In this document: positions 45,067-55,210 of the stretch, piece by piece
How positions within the stretch are numbered: the first letter of the stretch is position 1
Layout of the letters: the number at the start of each line of letters is the position of its first letter
Source of the DNA: Candidatus Moraniibacteriota bacterium
GTDB lineage: Bacteria; Patescibacteriota; Minisyncoccia; Moranbacterales; UBA2206
Length of the DNA stretch: 64,000 bases
Reading direction: 5' to 3'
NCBI GenBank assembly: GCA_049297495.1
Contig: JBAQUL010000026.1
Coordinates: 620 to 64,619 of the forward strand
Position numbers and translations under genes: made by a program
The notes under the pieces: generated by a model
What the model saw: the letters and a program-made list of their open reading frames with translations, nothing else
The model's database searches: none
What the model was told of the DNA's origin: nothing

Positions 45067-45381
45067 TTAATCCTCAAAATATCCAAACTCATCCATCTCT
45101 TCCGGTTCCAGCTCTTTCTTTTTCACCCAGCCGGGAACAAACACGATCATCACAAATCCAAACAGCAAAAGTACAAGCACGGATCCAAGGAAACGGACAT
45201 TAGCACTCAGATCCAGCGCATCGACTTGATAGTAGTTCGTGGTGGAAAAAGTCAGCCCAGAAAAATCCACAATCCACCGAACAACACTGTCCGAAACAAC
45301 TGCCCGAATCAGAAAAACAACCGCTACGATCAGCTGAATAATTGTCAAAATCAATCCAAGAATTGAGCGCCAAGCTCGCAT
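45067..45381 (-). CDS. hypothetical membrane protein (2 TM) with acidic C-terminal tail
   Basis: 104 aa with two strong hydrophobic helices and a C-terminal ELEPEEMDEFGYFED. Confidence 0.4.
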   Translation of the reverse strand: MRAWRSILGLILTIIQLIVAVVFLIRAVVSDSVVRWIVDFSGLTFSTTNYYQVDALDLSANVRFLGSVLVLLLFGFVMIVFVPGWVKKKELEPEEMDEFGYFED

Positions 45382-45493
45382 CTTGGTGTTGCTGCTAGTT
45401 TTTACCGATAATTTTACTTTGCATGGCTTTTAATATTAAATTATTAATCCATACTAGCCCTAGAGACTAGCACAGAAAAAAAGATTTGTCAAT

Positions 45494-45528
45494 GCAAAAA
45501 AAGCTTCGCGAAAGCAAAGCTTTTTTTG
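45494..45528 (-). terminator. bidirectional hairpin terminator downstream of the yqeY-like gene
   Basis: caaaaaaagcttcgcgaaagcaaagctttttttg: a stem flanked by an A-run and a T-run. Confidence 0.45.
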
Positions 45529-45547
45529 TTGAAAATTGTGAAAAATA

Positions 45548-46000
45548 CTATTTTCCCAGCTCTTCTTCTGCTAGCCTCTTGACCAAATTTCCATCAGCCT
45601 GACCTTTCAGTTTCCCCATGGCTTGTCCCATTACACGCCCAATGTCAGACATTGAAGTCGCGCCAGTCTGAGCGATGACTGCTTTCACAGTTTCGCGCAC
45701 AACTGCTTCGTCAAGTTGGGCTGGCATATAGGCCATCAATATTTCAATTTCTTGATTTTCCTTTTCTACCAGATCCGCTCGTCCTCCAGCAAGATATTGC
45801 GCAGAAGCGTCTCGTCTTTGTTTTACAGCTTTTCCAATCACCTCCAAGACCTCTTCGTCGGTGAGGCCAGTTTCACGTTTTTGCTTTTCGATTTCAACAT
45901 TTTTCACCATCGAATCAAGCATACGCAACGTATCTCGCTTTGCCGTATCCCCTGCTTTCATTGCTGATTTCAAATCATCAAGTATTGTTTGTTTTAACAT
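45548..46000 (-). CDS. GatB/YqeY domain protein
   Basis: 150 aa; MLKQTILDDLKSAMKAGDTAKRDTLRML...[24 protein letters not shown] is typical YqeY-like. Confidence 0.8.
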   Translation of the reverse strand: MLKQTILDDLKSAMKAGDTAKRDTLRMLDSMVKNVEIEKQKRETGLTDEEVLEVIGKAVKQRRDASAQYLAGGRADLVEKENQEIEILMAYMPAQLDEAVVRETVKAVIAQTGATSMSDIGRVMGQAMGKLKGQADGNLVKRLAEEELGK

Positions 46001-46019
46001 AAATTTTTAAAATAAAAAA

Positions 46020-46274
46020 TTACTTGATCAATTTCTTTTTGACGTTTTTGAAATTTTGATCATCAAATTTGCCCATTTTTTTGAGCTTATTTACAACTTT
46101 GCGCACTTTAACTTTATACATCGCACCGGCGCGCATTTCGCTTTTACTCTTTTCATCTTGGCGAAAACGTACTTTTCTGGCACGCATCAAAACTCCGCTC
46201 TGCTGAATGCGACGACTGAAACGTCTAATGAGACTCTCTGGTGACTCACGTTCTTTTCTTTTTACTTCAATCAT
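46020..46274 (-). CDS. rpsU: 30S ribosomal protein S21
   Basis: 84 aa, basic; MIEVKRKERESPESLIRRFSRRIQQSGVLMRARKVRFRQ is similar to the S21 pattern (V.V..NE....ALRRFKR.....G.L.E.RRR..YEKP). Confidence 0.7.
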   Translation of the reverse strand: MIEVKRKERESPESLIRRFSRRIQQSGVLMRARKVRFRQDEKSKSEMRAGAMYKVKVRKVVNKLKKMGKFDDQNFKNVKKKLIK

Positions 46275-46327
46275 AAAAACCTCCTTTCTAAATTTACCCC
46301 AATTACGAAACAGAAAAATTGTCTAAT

Positions 46328-46699
46328 TTATTGATTTTCCCAAGGACGAATATTCTCATAGAGCTTCACCCCGCCAATAAGATGCATATGCAAATGCGGA
46401 GCCTCCTGCCCTCCCCACTCTCCGACCCGAGTTAATAGTTTATACCCTTTTGGCGAAATGTCAAAGTCGACAGCAATTTTCTTGGCTGCGAGAGCCATTT
46501 TGCCAATAAGTACAGAATCCTCTTCTGTGATGTCATTGAGACTTTCAATGTGCTTTTTGGGAACAATCAGAACATGCACAGGCGCAAGCGGACGAACATC
46601 ATTGAAAGCCAAGACATCATCATCTTCATAAATAATAACCGCGGGTAGTTCTTTTTTTATGATTTTACAAAATATACAATCCATATTTTTCTTCGTCAT
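46328..46699 (-). CDS. HIT-family (Hint-like) nucleotide hydrolase
   Basis: C-terminal HIT motif APHLHMHLIGG, with an N-terminal CIFCKII and a PLAPVHVLIVPKKH segment. Confidence 0.8.
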   Translation of the reverse strand: MTKKNMDCIFCKIIKKELPAVIIYEDDDVLAFNDVRPLAPVHVLIVPKKHIESLNDITEEDSVLIGKMALAAKKIAVDFDISPKGYKLLTRVGEWGGQEAPHLHMHLIGGVKLYENIRPWENQ

Positions 46700-46754
46700 G
46701 CCGTAGCTACGCTTCGGCGTAGCGAAGGCGGGTTTATTATTGTTTTAAAATATT

Positions 46755-48167
46755 TTATTCAACGGTAGAATCTTCATGTTCGTGGTTATGATAGACAACC
46801 ACATTGTCAGTTTTCAATTTTTTCTTGATTATATCTACTAATTTTTCCATGCTAACAGTCTCCTGAACACCTGTCGTCATATTTTTAATAATCACGGTTC
46901 CGTCCAAAGTTTCTTTTTGACCCAAAATTAGAGTCAACTCAACACCCAAACGATTTGCAATTTTCAGTTGAGATTTCAAGCTTCCGCGACCAAAACTTTC
47001 GGCTGTGAGAATTCCGTTCTTTTCCAGCTCTGAAAATAATCTCAAACTCTTCTTTTTTGCAAGCCCTCCCAGCTGTGCCAGAAACACACGTGGTTTCATC
47101 GGTTTATATGACTTCGCCTGCACTCTTTTCATTTCAGCAATCACACGCTCCAAGCCAACCGCGAAACCAATCGCTGGCGTATCTTCACCTCCCATAATCT
47201 TTACCAACTTATCATATCGCCCACCACCACCAAGAGAATATTTTTTCCCTTCTTCAGAGCCTGACCAGATTTCAAAAACAGTTTTCGTATAATAGTCCAG
47301 ACCACGAACTAAACGAGGATTGATGGTATATGGCAAATCAAGTTCATCTAGATATTCCAAAAGTGTCTTGAAGTGAACCCGACAATCCTCACAGAGATGA
47401 TCAACTGCCTGAGGGGCTGTCGCAGCAACTTGAGAACACTTATCCTCCTTGCAATCCAAGACGCGCAGTGGGTTGATCTCCAATCTTCTTTTGCAATCCT
47501 GACAAAGCTTAGTTTTTTTCGATTCCAGATAACTTACTAACAAATTATTATAATCTTTTTTGCAAACACCACAACCAATAGAATTTACCTGAATTTGAAT
47601 TGATTTCAATCCGAGACAATGAGTCAAACGGTGAGCCATTTGAATCATTTGAGCATCCAAAATCGGGTCATCCTCTCCAAATGCGTCAAAATTAGCTTGA
47701 TAATGTTCGCGATATCGTCCTTCCTGTGGTCGATCATAGCGATATACCGGACCGATTGAGAAAAGCTTTACCGGGCGAGACAAAGTGTGCATGCCATGTT
47801 GGATGAAACTGCGACAAATCCCAGCAGTCATTTCCGGTCGAAGCGAAACCTTATCGCCTCCCCGGGTGACGAAAGAATACATTTCCTTCTCCACAATATC
47901 CGTTCCACCTCCAATGTTTCTTGTGAATAAATTAGAAAACTCCAAGAGAGGCACATCAATCCGAGAAAATCCATAATCACGGGCCAATCGTTCTGCCACT
48001 CTTCTGGCTTGCTCCCAATATGCCTGATCCTGAGGCAAAACGTCTTTCATGCCACGCAAATTTTGCAAGACCAACGGTTCATCTTTTTGTTTTTCTATTT
48101 TTATTTTCTTAGCAACTTTTTTTGAGACATTCTTTTCTTTGCTAACAATCTTTTTTGCTTTAGGCAT
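46755..48167 (-). CDS. hisS: histidyl-tRNA synthetase (with Lys-rich N-terminal extension)
   Basis: Class II motifs: LRGMKDVLP, motif 2 VYRYDRPQEGRYREHYQ, motif 3 GGGGRYD, and a C-terminal anticodon-binding domain. Confidence 0.9.
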   Translation of the reverse strand: MPKAKKIVSKEKNVSKKVAKKIKIEKQKDEPLVLQNLRGMKDVLPQDQAYWEQARRVAERLARDYGFSRIDVPLLEFSNLFTRNIGGGTDIVEKEMYSFVTRGGDKVSLRPEMTAGICRSFIQHGMHTLSRPVKLFSIGPVYRYDRPQEGRYREHYQANFDAFGEDDPILDAQMIQMAHRLTHCLGLKSIQIQVNSIGCGVCKKDYNNLLVSYLESKKTKLCQDCKRRLEINPLRVLDCKEDKCSQVAATAPQAVDHLCEDCRVHFKTLLEYLDELDLPYTINPRLVRGLDYYTKTVFEIWSGSEEGKKYSLGGGGRYDKLVKIMGGEDTPAIGFAVGLERVIAEMKRVQAKSYKPMKPRVFLAQLGGLAKKKSLRLFSELEKNGILTAESFGRGSLKSQLKIANRLGVELTLILGQKETLDGTVIIKNMTTGVQETVSMEKLVDIIKKKLKTDNVVVYHNHEHEDSTVE

Positions 48168-48212
48168 AGGAAGTAGAAATAAAAATTAAATTAAAAAAAT
48201 ACAGATGCGAAA

Positions 48213-48866
48213 TTAAAAGACAGATATTTCAGTAAGCGGCCAGGCGCGCAAAAGCACCTCACCAATAATATCATCGTCAGCGACAGGTCCCCAAACCCGT
48301 GAATCTGAACTAAACGCCCGATTATCTCCCATCACAAAATATTCATTATCCTTAAGTATAGTCACGTGATCTCCGGTCGTTTTCACGCCTTTTGCCAGAT
48401 AGGCGCTTTCGTCTGGATAAAATCCATCGGGAAATTCTTTATTAAAAATTTTATAGCTACCATCTTTCACCTCAATTTTTTCTCCTGGCAGGCCGATAAT
48501 TCTTTTGATGAAAAATTTATTGGGATCCTTCGGATAACGGAAAACCACTACTTTTTGCCTTGTAATATCTCGGAACGCTCCTACTGAAAAAAATTTAATA
48601 TCACTTAGCGCAACCGTAGTTTTTTTATAGCCAAATTCGTTTACAATAAGATACTGCCCATCTTCAAAATTTGGCTCCATACTGGCTCCCTGAACAAAAA
48701 ATGGCTGAAACAAGAAAACCCGAATCGGAACAATAATCACAAAAGCCAAAAAAATAATCTTTATGATTTCAAGGATAAAACCGCCAACTCCGACATATCC
48801 CGCCTGAGAAGATATTTGCTTTTCACGGAGAACCTCGCTAGTCACTTCATGCTCCCTATCTTGCAT
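48213..48866 (-). CDS. lepB: signal peptidase I
   Basis: N-terminal TM; box B GASMEPNF (Ser nucleophile); box E GDNRAFSSDSRVWGPV. Confidence 0.85.
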   Translation of the reverse strand: MQDREHEVTSEVLREKQISSQAGYVGVGGFILEIIKIIFLAFVIIVPIRVFLFQPFFVQGASMEPNFEDGQYLIVNEFGYKKTTVALSDIKFFSVGAFRDITRQKVVVFRYPKDPNKFFIKRIIGLPGEKIEVKDGSYKIFNKEFPDGFYPDESAYLAKGVKTTGDHVTILKDNEYFVMGDNRAFSSDSRVWGPVADDDIIGEVLLRAWPLTEISVF

Positions 48867-49026
48867 AAAAAAATGGTTAAATAAATTAGACCAAACCTCG
48901 AATAGTTATAAGCATAGCAGAAATATATATATTTGGCAAGGCCATTTTTTCCTTCTATGAAGCCATAATTTGACGACAAGTCATTATCGGGCTATGATTG
49001 AATAAACTCATTATCGGTCTCAACTA

Positions 49027-50505
49027 ATGCAAATAAAAAAAATACTGGTAAAACTGATTCTTTGGTTAATCATTCTCACCCTTCTTGGTGCAATTGGCTA
49101 TGGAGCCTATTTTTTGCATAGATTAAACTCGCTTACCAATAAAGTTAACATTTATCAAAAACCAGAAAATCTCCTCGACACAATCAGTTCAGTGGCTCAG
49201 TTAGCCAAAAATAGCTCCTCAGAATTAAAAAATACTGACGGTGAAAGAATTAATATTCTCTTGTTGGGCGTAGCGGGAAAAGGCAAACCAGGACAAAACC
49301 TGACTGATACAATTATGATTGCCAACATCAATCTTAAGACTAACCAGGTCGCGCTCCTCTCGCTCCCTAGGGATTTATATGTCACTGTCCCCGATTCAGG
49401 CTGGCAAACAAAAATAAACGCCATCTATCAATCCGGCCTCAATAGTACTAATGAGGAAGAAAAGGCAATTGAACCATTGTTAAAAACCATTAAAAATGTC
49501 ACCTCTCTCGATATCCACTACTATACTGTGCTTAATTTTGATGGCTTTAGGCAAATAATCGACGCCTTGGGAGGCGTTAACGTCGCCAATGAACGAGACA
49601 TTTATGACGCGCGATACCCTGGACCAAACTACAGCTATGAAACTTTTGATCTCAAAAAGGGCTTTCAGCATCTGGACGGGGATACTGCGCTCAAATATGC
49701 GAGAGAACGTCATGACGACCCAGAGGGAGACTTTGGTAGAGCCAAGAGACAGCAACAGATACTTCAGTCAACAAAAAATAAATTATTTTCCACAAAAACC
49801 CTATTTGACATTTTTTCAGTAAACAAGCTTTTTACTGCTCTAGGGGAAAATGTCAGAACCGACCTAACCTCGCGCGAACTGGAAAGTTTTTTCGAATTAA
49901 GCAAAAAATTAGATACAAACAATATCGTCAATGCCAATGTTGATGCTTGGAACAAGGATAGCCTACTCAAAGTTTCCCATGTTTTTTATGGGGAAACACG
50001 GACTTTCATCCTCATCCCAAGGGTTGGAAATTTCAGTGAAATACACGATTTAGCTCAAAATATTTTTGATCTAAATAAGCTCAAAAGGCGACGCGAAGAA
50101 ATAACCAAAGAAAATGCCACTGTTGCACTTATCAATAAAAGCGGAGATAATGATGTTATCACAAAGATAAAAAAATTACTCAACGAAAATCTGGTCTATA
50201 AAAATGTAATAATTGTCCCAGATCCAAGTAATAAGGACTTGGAAGACATCACAAATGTCTATGACTCAAATTCCGGTACGAAACCATTCACCCTTGATGA
50301 AATTGCAACTCGCCTCCCCGCCAACGTTTACTACGCATTGCCTGATAAATTTAAAAAAATAACCGACAAAGCTGCGCCAGATATTGTCCTGGTCATCGGA
50401 AAAGATTCGATTGGAAAATACAACATGCCAGAAGACACAATCGAAGATCTCAAAAAAGCACAAGATGATCAAGATTATTTAAATATGCAAAATAAATCAA
50501 ACTAA
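49027..50505 (+). CDS. LytR-CpsA-Psr (LCP) family cell-envelope phosphotransferase
   Basis: N-terminal TM, then the LCP core (RINILLLGVAGKGKPGQNLTDTIMIANINLKTNQVALLSLPRDLYV...GINAIYQ...LDGDTALKYARERH) and a C-terminal LytR_C-like region. Confidence 0.85.
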   Translation: MQIKKILVKLILWLIILTLLGAIGYGAYFLHRLNSLTNKVNIYQKPENLLDTISSVAQLAKNSSSELKNTDGERINILLLGVAGKGKPGQNLTDTIMIANINLKTNQVALLSLPRDLYVTVPDSGWQTKINAIYQSGLNSTNEEEKAIEPLLKTIKNVTSLDIHYYTVLNFDGFRQIIDALGGVNVANERDIYDARYPGPNYSYETFDLKKGFQHLDGDTALKYARERHDDPEGDFGRAKRQQQILQSTKNKLFSTKTLFDIFSVNKLFTALGENVRTDLTSRELESFFELSKKLDTNNIVNANVDAWNKDSLLKVSHVFYGETRTFILIPRVGNFSEIHDLAQNIFDLNKLKRRREEITKENATVALINKSGDNDVITKIKKLLNENLVYKNVIIVPDPSNKDLEDITNVYDSNSGTKPFTLDEIATRLPANVYYALPDKFKKITDKAAPDIVLVIGKDSIGKYNMPEDTIEDLKKAQDDQDYLNMQNKSN

Positions 50506-50509
50506 TCAT

Positions 50510-51058
50510 ATGAAATTAGTCATTGGGCTCGGTAATCCTGGCCAAAAATACGAACTAACAAGACATAATCTCGGCTTTATTTTTCTCAATAAACTACGTG
50601 ACAAATGGTCATTTCCAAATTTTAGTGAAGAAAAAAAATTCAATGCCGAAATCTCTCAGGGAGAAATTGCTGGCGAAAAAATCATTCTCGCAAAACCACA
50701 AAACTTCATGAACCTGTCTGGAGAAACAGTAAAAAAACTCATGACTTTTTATAAGATAAGTGTTGATAACTTACTAGTTATCCATGATGATGTCGACATT
50801 TCCTGTGGCAAATATAAACTTGCGACTGAATCATCATCAGCCGGCCACAATGGCGTTCAAAATATCATCGATAATCTAGGCACAAAAAAATTCGCTCGCC
50901 TGCGAATCGGGGTTAAGAAAGAAACCGATGAAAATGAAAAAGAAGTTCAAATGGAAACCAGCGATTTCGTCTTGGGCAAATTAGAAATCACCGAGTTAGA
51001 AAAAATAACCAGTATAGAAAAATCTATATTGGGGGAAGTGGAAAAAATCATTGTCTAG
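50510..51058 (+). CDS. pth: peptidyl-tRNA hydrolase
   Basis: MKLVIGLGNPGQKYELTRHNLGF... and HDDVDI...GKYKL...GHNGVQNI match the Pth motifs. Confidence 0.9.
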   Translation: MKLVIGLGNPGQKYELTRHNLGFIFLNKLRDKWSFPNFSEEKKFNAEISQGEIAGEKIILAKPQNFMNLSGETVKKLMTFYKISVDNLLVIHDDVDISCGKYKLATESSSAGHNGVQNIIDNLGTKKFARLRIGVKKETDENEKEVQMETSDFVLGKLEITELEKITSIEKSILGEVEKIIV

Positions 51059-51307
51059 GACTTAATTTTCAAAGTTTCGCACGTAAGATTTGCATCTTTC
51101 TCGGAATTATCCTGGAAAAATACATTTGACTTACTCACAAAAACTAAGGAGGGTGTTTTTGCTTTCAAACTTACGCACGAAACCCTAAAAAATAAGTCTT
51201 TTTAATCATATCCGCAAAACCACTCTGACCTTGCACTCTAGCGCAAAACATAGCTTATGTCAAAATATATTGGATAATACGGCTTAAATAAAAGCTAATT
51301 CTTCATT

Positions 51308-51346
51308 AAAAAACCCACTAAACGTTCATTTAGTGGGGGTTTTTTA
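51308..51346. terminator. bidirectional rho-independent terminator between pth (+) and the kinase-like gene (-)
   Basis: aaaaaacccactaaacgttcatttagtgggggttttttact: a 9-bp stem flanked by A- and T-runs. Confidence 0.55.
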
Positions 51347-51363
51347 CTATAATTTCAGGATTT

Positions 51364-51927
51364 TTATTTCAAAAGTTTTTCCATCATTTCATCAGTCTGC
51401 TTTTTCAATTCTTCCGCCGTGCCGTTGTTATTCATCTTAAAATCCGCACGTCGACCAATCTCATGGATCGAAATCTCGGTTAACTTCCCCTCTTCTTCGA
51501 GAAATTGCTCAAGGGTTGCATTCTCTTCCCCCTCTTTCTCTTTACGCGCCTTTGTCCTGTCGTAGCGCAATTTCAAATCAGCTGTCACATAAACAAGATA
51601 AAAATTTTCTTGATATTTTTTTTGAAATGGCTCAACATCGCCATGCATCCTGATTCCGTCAGCAATAATTATATCAGACTCACTCTTTTCCATGTCTTGG
51701 ATCAATGAATCAATGATTACGGATGGACCATAACCTTCCTTAAGCACAAGCGCCAATTTAATCAGATTATCTCGTGTCACAGGAAGATGCAGGTCCTCTA
51801 AGGTTCGACGCAAAATCTTGGAAGTACCAAAATGCACTGCGCCATATTTTTCCAACAAATAGTCTGATACAGTTCCTTTCCCTGCCCCTTTCTCGCCAAT
51901 AAGTCCAATGATTATTTTTCTTTTCAT
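51364..51927 (-). CDS. P-loop nucleotide kinase-like protein (dephospho-CoA kinase/AAA_17-like)
   Basis: Walker A IGLIGEKGAGKGTV at the N-terminus on a small alpha/beta kinase-like scaffold. The exact substrate cannot be assigned. Confidence 0.5.
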   Translation of the reverse strand: MKRKIIIGLIGEKGAGKGTVSDYLLEKYGAVHFGTSKILRRTLEDLHLPVTRDNLIKLALVLKEGYGPSVIIDSLIQDMEKSESDIIIADGIRMHGDVEPFQKKYQENFYLVYVTADLKLRYDRTKARKEKEGEENATLEQFLEEEGKLTEISIHEIGRRADFKMNNNGTAEELKKQTDEMMEKLLK

Positions 51928-52006
51928 ACTACTTTTTATTTAATACTTATCCAAAAAAACAAAATCTTCCAGCCAATACAACTGGAAGATTTTTATCAAA
52001 AACAAA

Positions 52007-52696
52007 CTAGACTGTAATTTTGAAACCAACGCCCATTGTCGAACAAAGAGAAACGGTTCTCACCAGCTTTCCCTTAAGACTAGCAGGCTTAACCTTTTCT
52101 ACACTTTCCAAAAAGGCTTTAATATTTTCCAAAAGTTTTTCATCAGTAAAAGATAGCTTTCCTACTACCTGATGAATGTTGCCAGAATTATCGGTTTTAT
52201 ACGCTGCGCGACCTTTTTTCAAGGCGTCCACAGTTTCTTTGATTTTAGTCGTTACTGTTTCAGTTTTTGGATTTGGCATAAGCCCTTTGGGTCCCAAGAT
52301 TTTTGCCACAACAGCCAGCTTTGGCATCATCTCAGGGGTCGCCACGAGAACATCAAATCCTCCATCTTCAGAAAAAATCTTGCCACTTTTGATCCTTTCG
52401 ATCAATTCCTCACCACCAACAATTTCTGCTCCCGCTTTTTTAGCATCTTCGAGACTAGTTGAAGTGATTACCGCTACGCGCTTATTCTTACCTGTGCCAT
52501 GTGGCAAAGAAACAGCTGAGCGGATCTGTTGATCAGTTTTTTTCGGATCAATTCCGGTTTTGATGTGCACTTCAACTGACTCATCAAATTTGGCGATTTT
52601 ATTATCTCGCACAAGTTGCAAGGCCTCTTCCAAAGAATAGCTCTTTTCTCTATCTAGTTTTTCAGCTACTGCGCGATACTTTTTTCCGTGTGTCAT
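52007..52696 (-). CDS. rplA: 50S ribosomal protein L1
   Basis: MTHGKKYRAVAEKLDREKSYSLEEALQLVRDNKIAKFDESVEVHIKTGIDPKK... is canonical L1. Confidence 0.9.
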   Translation of the reverse strand: MTHGKKYRAVAEKLDREKSYSLEEALQLVRDNKIAKFDESVEVHIKTGIDPKKTDQQIRSAVSLPHGTGKNKRVAVITSTSLEDAKKAGAEIVGGEELIERIKSGKIFSEDGGFDVLVATPEMMPKLAVVAKILGPKGLMPNPKTETVTTKIKETVDALKKGRAAYKTDNSGNIHQVVGKLSFTDEKLLENIKAFLESVEKVKPASLKGKLVRTVSLCSTMGVGFKITV

Positions 52697-52812
52697 ATAT
52701 TTTTGTGGTTCAAGCGACCTTTCGATCTCCCACTGATTAAATATTAATAAATTAAAAAAATGATTTTATAGTTTTGGGTGAAAGCTTTTCTGACTTTCAC
52801 CCATTGTTTCCG

Positions 52813-53067
52813 CTACCCTTCTTTGTCTTTTCTGGGGGTAATATTCCACCAACCCGGAAACCTTTCAAATATCAAGCGATATATTTCTCCGCATATATGA
52901 ATAACCAAGATGGGAAGAAGCAATGGAAAGAGAAATACTATCTTCAAGACTGCCTCCTCGGCACCAACAATCATTATGACAGCCCAAACTTGCATAATGA
53001 TTGCAAGCCCCACGCTCATCGCAAATTTGCCTGAAACTTCCTGTTCCACAAGCTCGAGTCTTGTCAT
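52813..53067 (-). CDS. hypothetical small membrane protein inserted between rplK and rplA
   Basis: 84-aa ORF with two hydrophobic helices in an unusual 405-nt rplK-rplA spacer. It could be a spurious ORF in a structured leader. Confidence 0.25.
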   Translation of the reverse strand: MTRLELVEQEVSGKFAMSVGLAIIMQVWAVIMIVGAEEAVLKIVFLFPLLLPILVIHICGEIYRLIFERFPGWWNITPRKDKEG

Positions 53068-53101
53068 GTCGCAAACCTCCTATTATTTAATGTGCAAAAT
53101 A

Positions 53102-53527
53102 TTAACCTTCGATCTTAACGCCCATGCTTCTTGCAGTTCCGGCGATAATTTTTTCTGCCGCTTCCACGTCATTGGCATTTAGATCACTCATCTTCTTTTC
53201 AGCAATCTCTCGCAATTTGGCGGCAGTAATTTTTCCTACTTTATCCTTTAGGGGATTTCCTGCACCCTTCTCAACACCCGCCGCTTTCCTGAGCAAATCA
53301 GATGCCGGAGGCGTTTTCAAAACAAAGTCAAAACTGCGATCTTCATAAATCGTAATTTCGGCCGGAATGATATCCCCCATCTTATCCTTCGTTGCGTCAT
53401 TAAACTTAGCGCAAAAATCACCAATATTAATTCCGTGTTGACCCAAGGCTGGTCCGACTGGAGGCGCTGGATTCGCTTTTCCCGCTTGAATTTGCAACTT
53501 AACAACTGTCTTAATCTTTTTAGCCAT
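53102..53527 (-). CDS. rplK: 50S ribosomal protein L11
   Basis: [43 protein letters not shown] is canonical L11. Confidence 0.9.
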   Translation of the reverse strand: MAKKIKTVVKLQIQAGKANPAPPVGPALGQHGINIGDFCAKFNDATKDKMGDIIPAEITIYEDRSFDFVLKTPPASDLLRKAAGVEKGAGNPLKDKVGKITAAKLREIAEKKMSDLNANDVEAAEKIIAGTARSMGVKIEG

Positions 53528-53635
53528 ATTTTATCATGAAACATGAAACATTTAACATTTAACAATCGAGTATTTCGCCAGAAGCGCTAAACGATTGAAT
53601 TACTTGTTACATGTTTTATGTTATATGTTATGTGA

Positions 53636-54181
53636 TTATAATTTATGTATCTGCAAAAAGTCGAGCTCTACCGGTGTTTCCCGTCCAAAAATAGACACCA
53701 ACACCTTCACTCGTCCCTTCTCTTCATCCACTTCATTGACCTTTCCATCAAACTCCTTAAACGGTCCGTCATTAATCTTGACCATATCTCCCACTTTCAC
53801 ATCAATCTTATACTTAGGCTCATCCACTCCCATGCGCTTTTTGAGCATTTCAATTTCTTTTGGGTCAACTGGTGTTGGGGTTGTGCCAAGACCGATAAAG
53901 CCTGTCACGTTGGGAGTATTTCTCACAACATACCATGAAGCGTCAGTCACGATCATATCAACTAGCACATAGCCTGGATAAATCCGCTCCTCAATCACAG
54001 TGCGCTTTCCCGCTTTGATTTTAATCTTTTTTTCGATCGGTACCATCACATCGAAGATAAATTCTTGCATATCCATCGATTCGATTCTTTGCTTCAAATT
54101 ACGGGATACATTGTCCTCATATCCGGAATAAGTATGTAGCACATACCAAGATCTTCCGTGATGTTGTGATTGTTTTGCCAT
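53636..54181 (-). CDS. nusG: transcription termination/antitermination factor NusG
   Basis: NGN domain (WYVLHTYSGYE) and a C-terminal KOW (KVGDMVKINDGPFKEFDGKVNEVDEEKGRVKVLVSIFGRETPVELDFLQI). Confidence 0.9.
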   Translation of the reverse strand: MAKQSQHHGRSWYVLHTYSGYEDNVSRNLKQRIESMDMQEFIFDVMVPIEKKIKIKAGKRTVIEERIYPGYVLVDMIVTDASWYVVRNTPNVTGFIGLGTTPTPVDPKEIEMLKKRMGVDEPKYKIDVKVGDMVKINDGPFKEFDGKVNEVDEEKGRVKVLVSIFGRETPVELDFLQIHKL

Positions 54182-54214
54182 TGTTTTTGAAAACTAAAAC
54201 TAATTAAATATTAT

Positions 54215-54400
54215 CTATTTTAAAATAAATGTTTTCAGGAGATACTCAAAAATAAAATCAAGTCCACCTAAGAAAAACGACAAAACCAGACTAATCCCAA
54301 TAACTGTCAAAGTATAGTTAATGGTTTGTTTTTTGGTGGGCCAATTAACTTTCTGCAGTTCCGATCTAGCTTCTTTTAAAAATTGGACAATTTTGTTCAT
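54215..54400 (-). CDS. secE: preprotein translocase subunit SecE
   Basis: 61 aa with a single TM (LTVIGISLVLSFFLGGLDFIF) and ELQKVNWPTKK. Lies immediately upstream of nusG. Confidence 0.8.
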   Translation of the reverse strand: MNKIVQFLKEARSELQKVNWPTKKQTINYTLTVIGISLVLSFFLGGLDFIFEYLLKTFILK

Positions 54401-54468
54401 AACGATTTTTTAAGCTTTTTTAAAAGCCCTTTGGGGCTTTTTTGTAATATATGCAGGATATATTATTT

Positions 54469-54496
54469 TTGATTTTTTGTCAAATGGCTGTATAAT
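54469..54496 (+). promoter_or_regulatory. sigma-70-like promoter (TTGATT - 16 nt - TGTATAAT, extended -10) for the HD-domain gene
   Basis: ttgattttttgtcaaatggctgtataat lies about 30 nt upstream of the ATG at 54528. Confidence 0.4.
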
Positions 54497-54527
54497 ACAA
54501 GCATAAAACTAATCACTTTCAACCACT

Positions 54528-55178
54528 ATGGACAAGAATCAAGAAGCGATTATCCAAAAAACTGTTGATTTTGTGAAAGCTACCCTATCTGATACCGACG
54601 CCAGTCATGATTGGTGGCACATCTATCGTATTTGGCAACTGTCCAAGCATATCGCCCAAACAGAAAATGTCGATTTATTTGTTGTAGAGCTGGGCGCATT
54701 GCTACATGACATTTCGGATTGGAAAAATAATTCCGGCGATTCAACCGTAGGAGCGAAAATTGCAGCAGATTTTCTGAAAAAGCAAAACGTAAACGAAAAA
54801 ATTATTTTAGCGGTTAAACATATACTGGAAAATATTTCTTTCAAGGGTATATCTGACAATTCAAATATGGAAACGATCGAAGGAAAAATCATCCAAGATG
54901 CTGACAAGCTTGATGCAATCGGCGCGATTGGCATAGGACGATGCTTTACCTATGGCGGATATAAAGAATTTCCCATGCACGATCCGGAAATAATACATAA
55001 CAAAGAGGAGTTTGGTAAAAGATTTAGCAAGACTAGTATTAATCATTTTCACGAAAAACTGCTTTTACTCAAAGACCTAATGAATACAGAAACAGGTAAA
55101 TCACTTGCCCAGCACCGGCATGAATGTATGGAACAATTTCTTTTGGAATTTCATAAGGAGTGGGATGGGGAGTTGTAA
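54528..55178 (+). CDS. HD-domain phosphohydrolase
   Basis: H...HD motif: SHDWWHIYRIW...LGALLHDISDW, with a downstream conserved D (IQDADKLDAIG). Confidence 0.8.
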   Translation: MDKNQEAIIQKTVDFVKATLSDTDASHDWWHIYRIWQLSKHIAQTENVDLFVVELGALLHDISDWKNNSGDSTVGAKIAADFLKKQNVNEKIILAVKHILENISFKGISDNSNMETIEGKIIQDADKLDAIGAIGIGRCFTYGGYKEFPMHDPEIIHNKEEFGKRFSKTSINHFHEKLLLLKDLMNTETGKSLAQHRHECMEQFLLEFHKEWDGEL

Positions 55179-55210
55179 TAACAACACAAACAAAGACCTA
55201 TCCCTCTATG

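Noticed and set aside
54421-54446. Hairpin AAAAGCCC-TTTG-GGGCTTTTTT between secE (-) and the HD gene (+), considered as a terminator.
   Set aside because: It lies between two divergently transcribed genes, upstream of both, so there is no upstream transcript for it to terminate. It may be structural or regulatory, but a terminator call is not justified.
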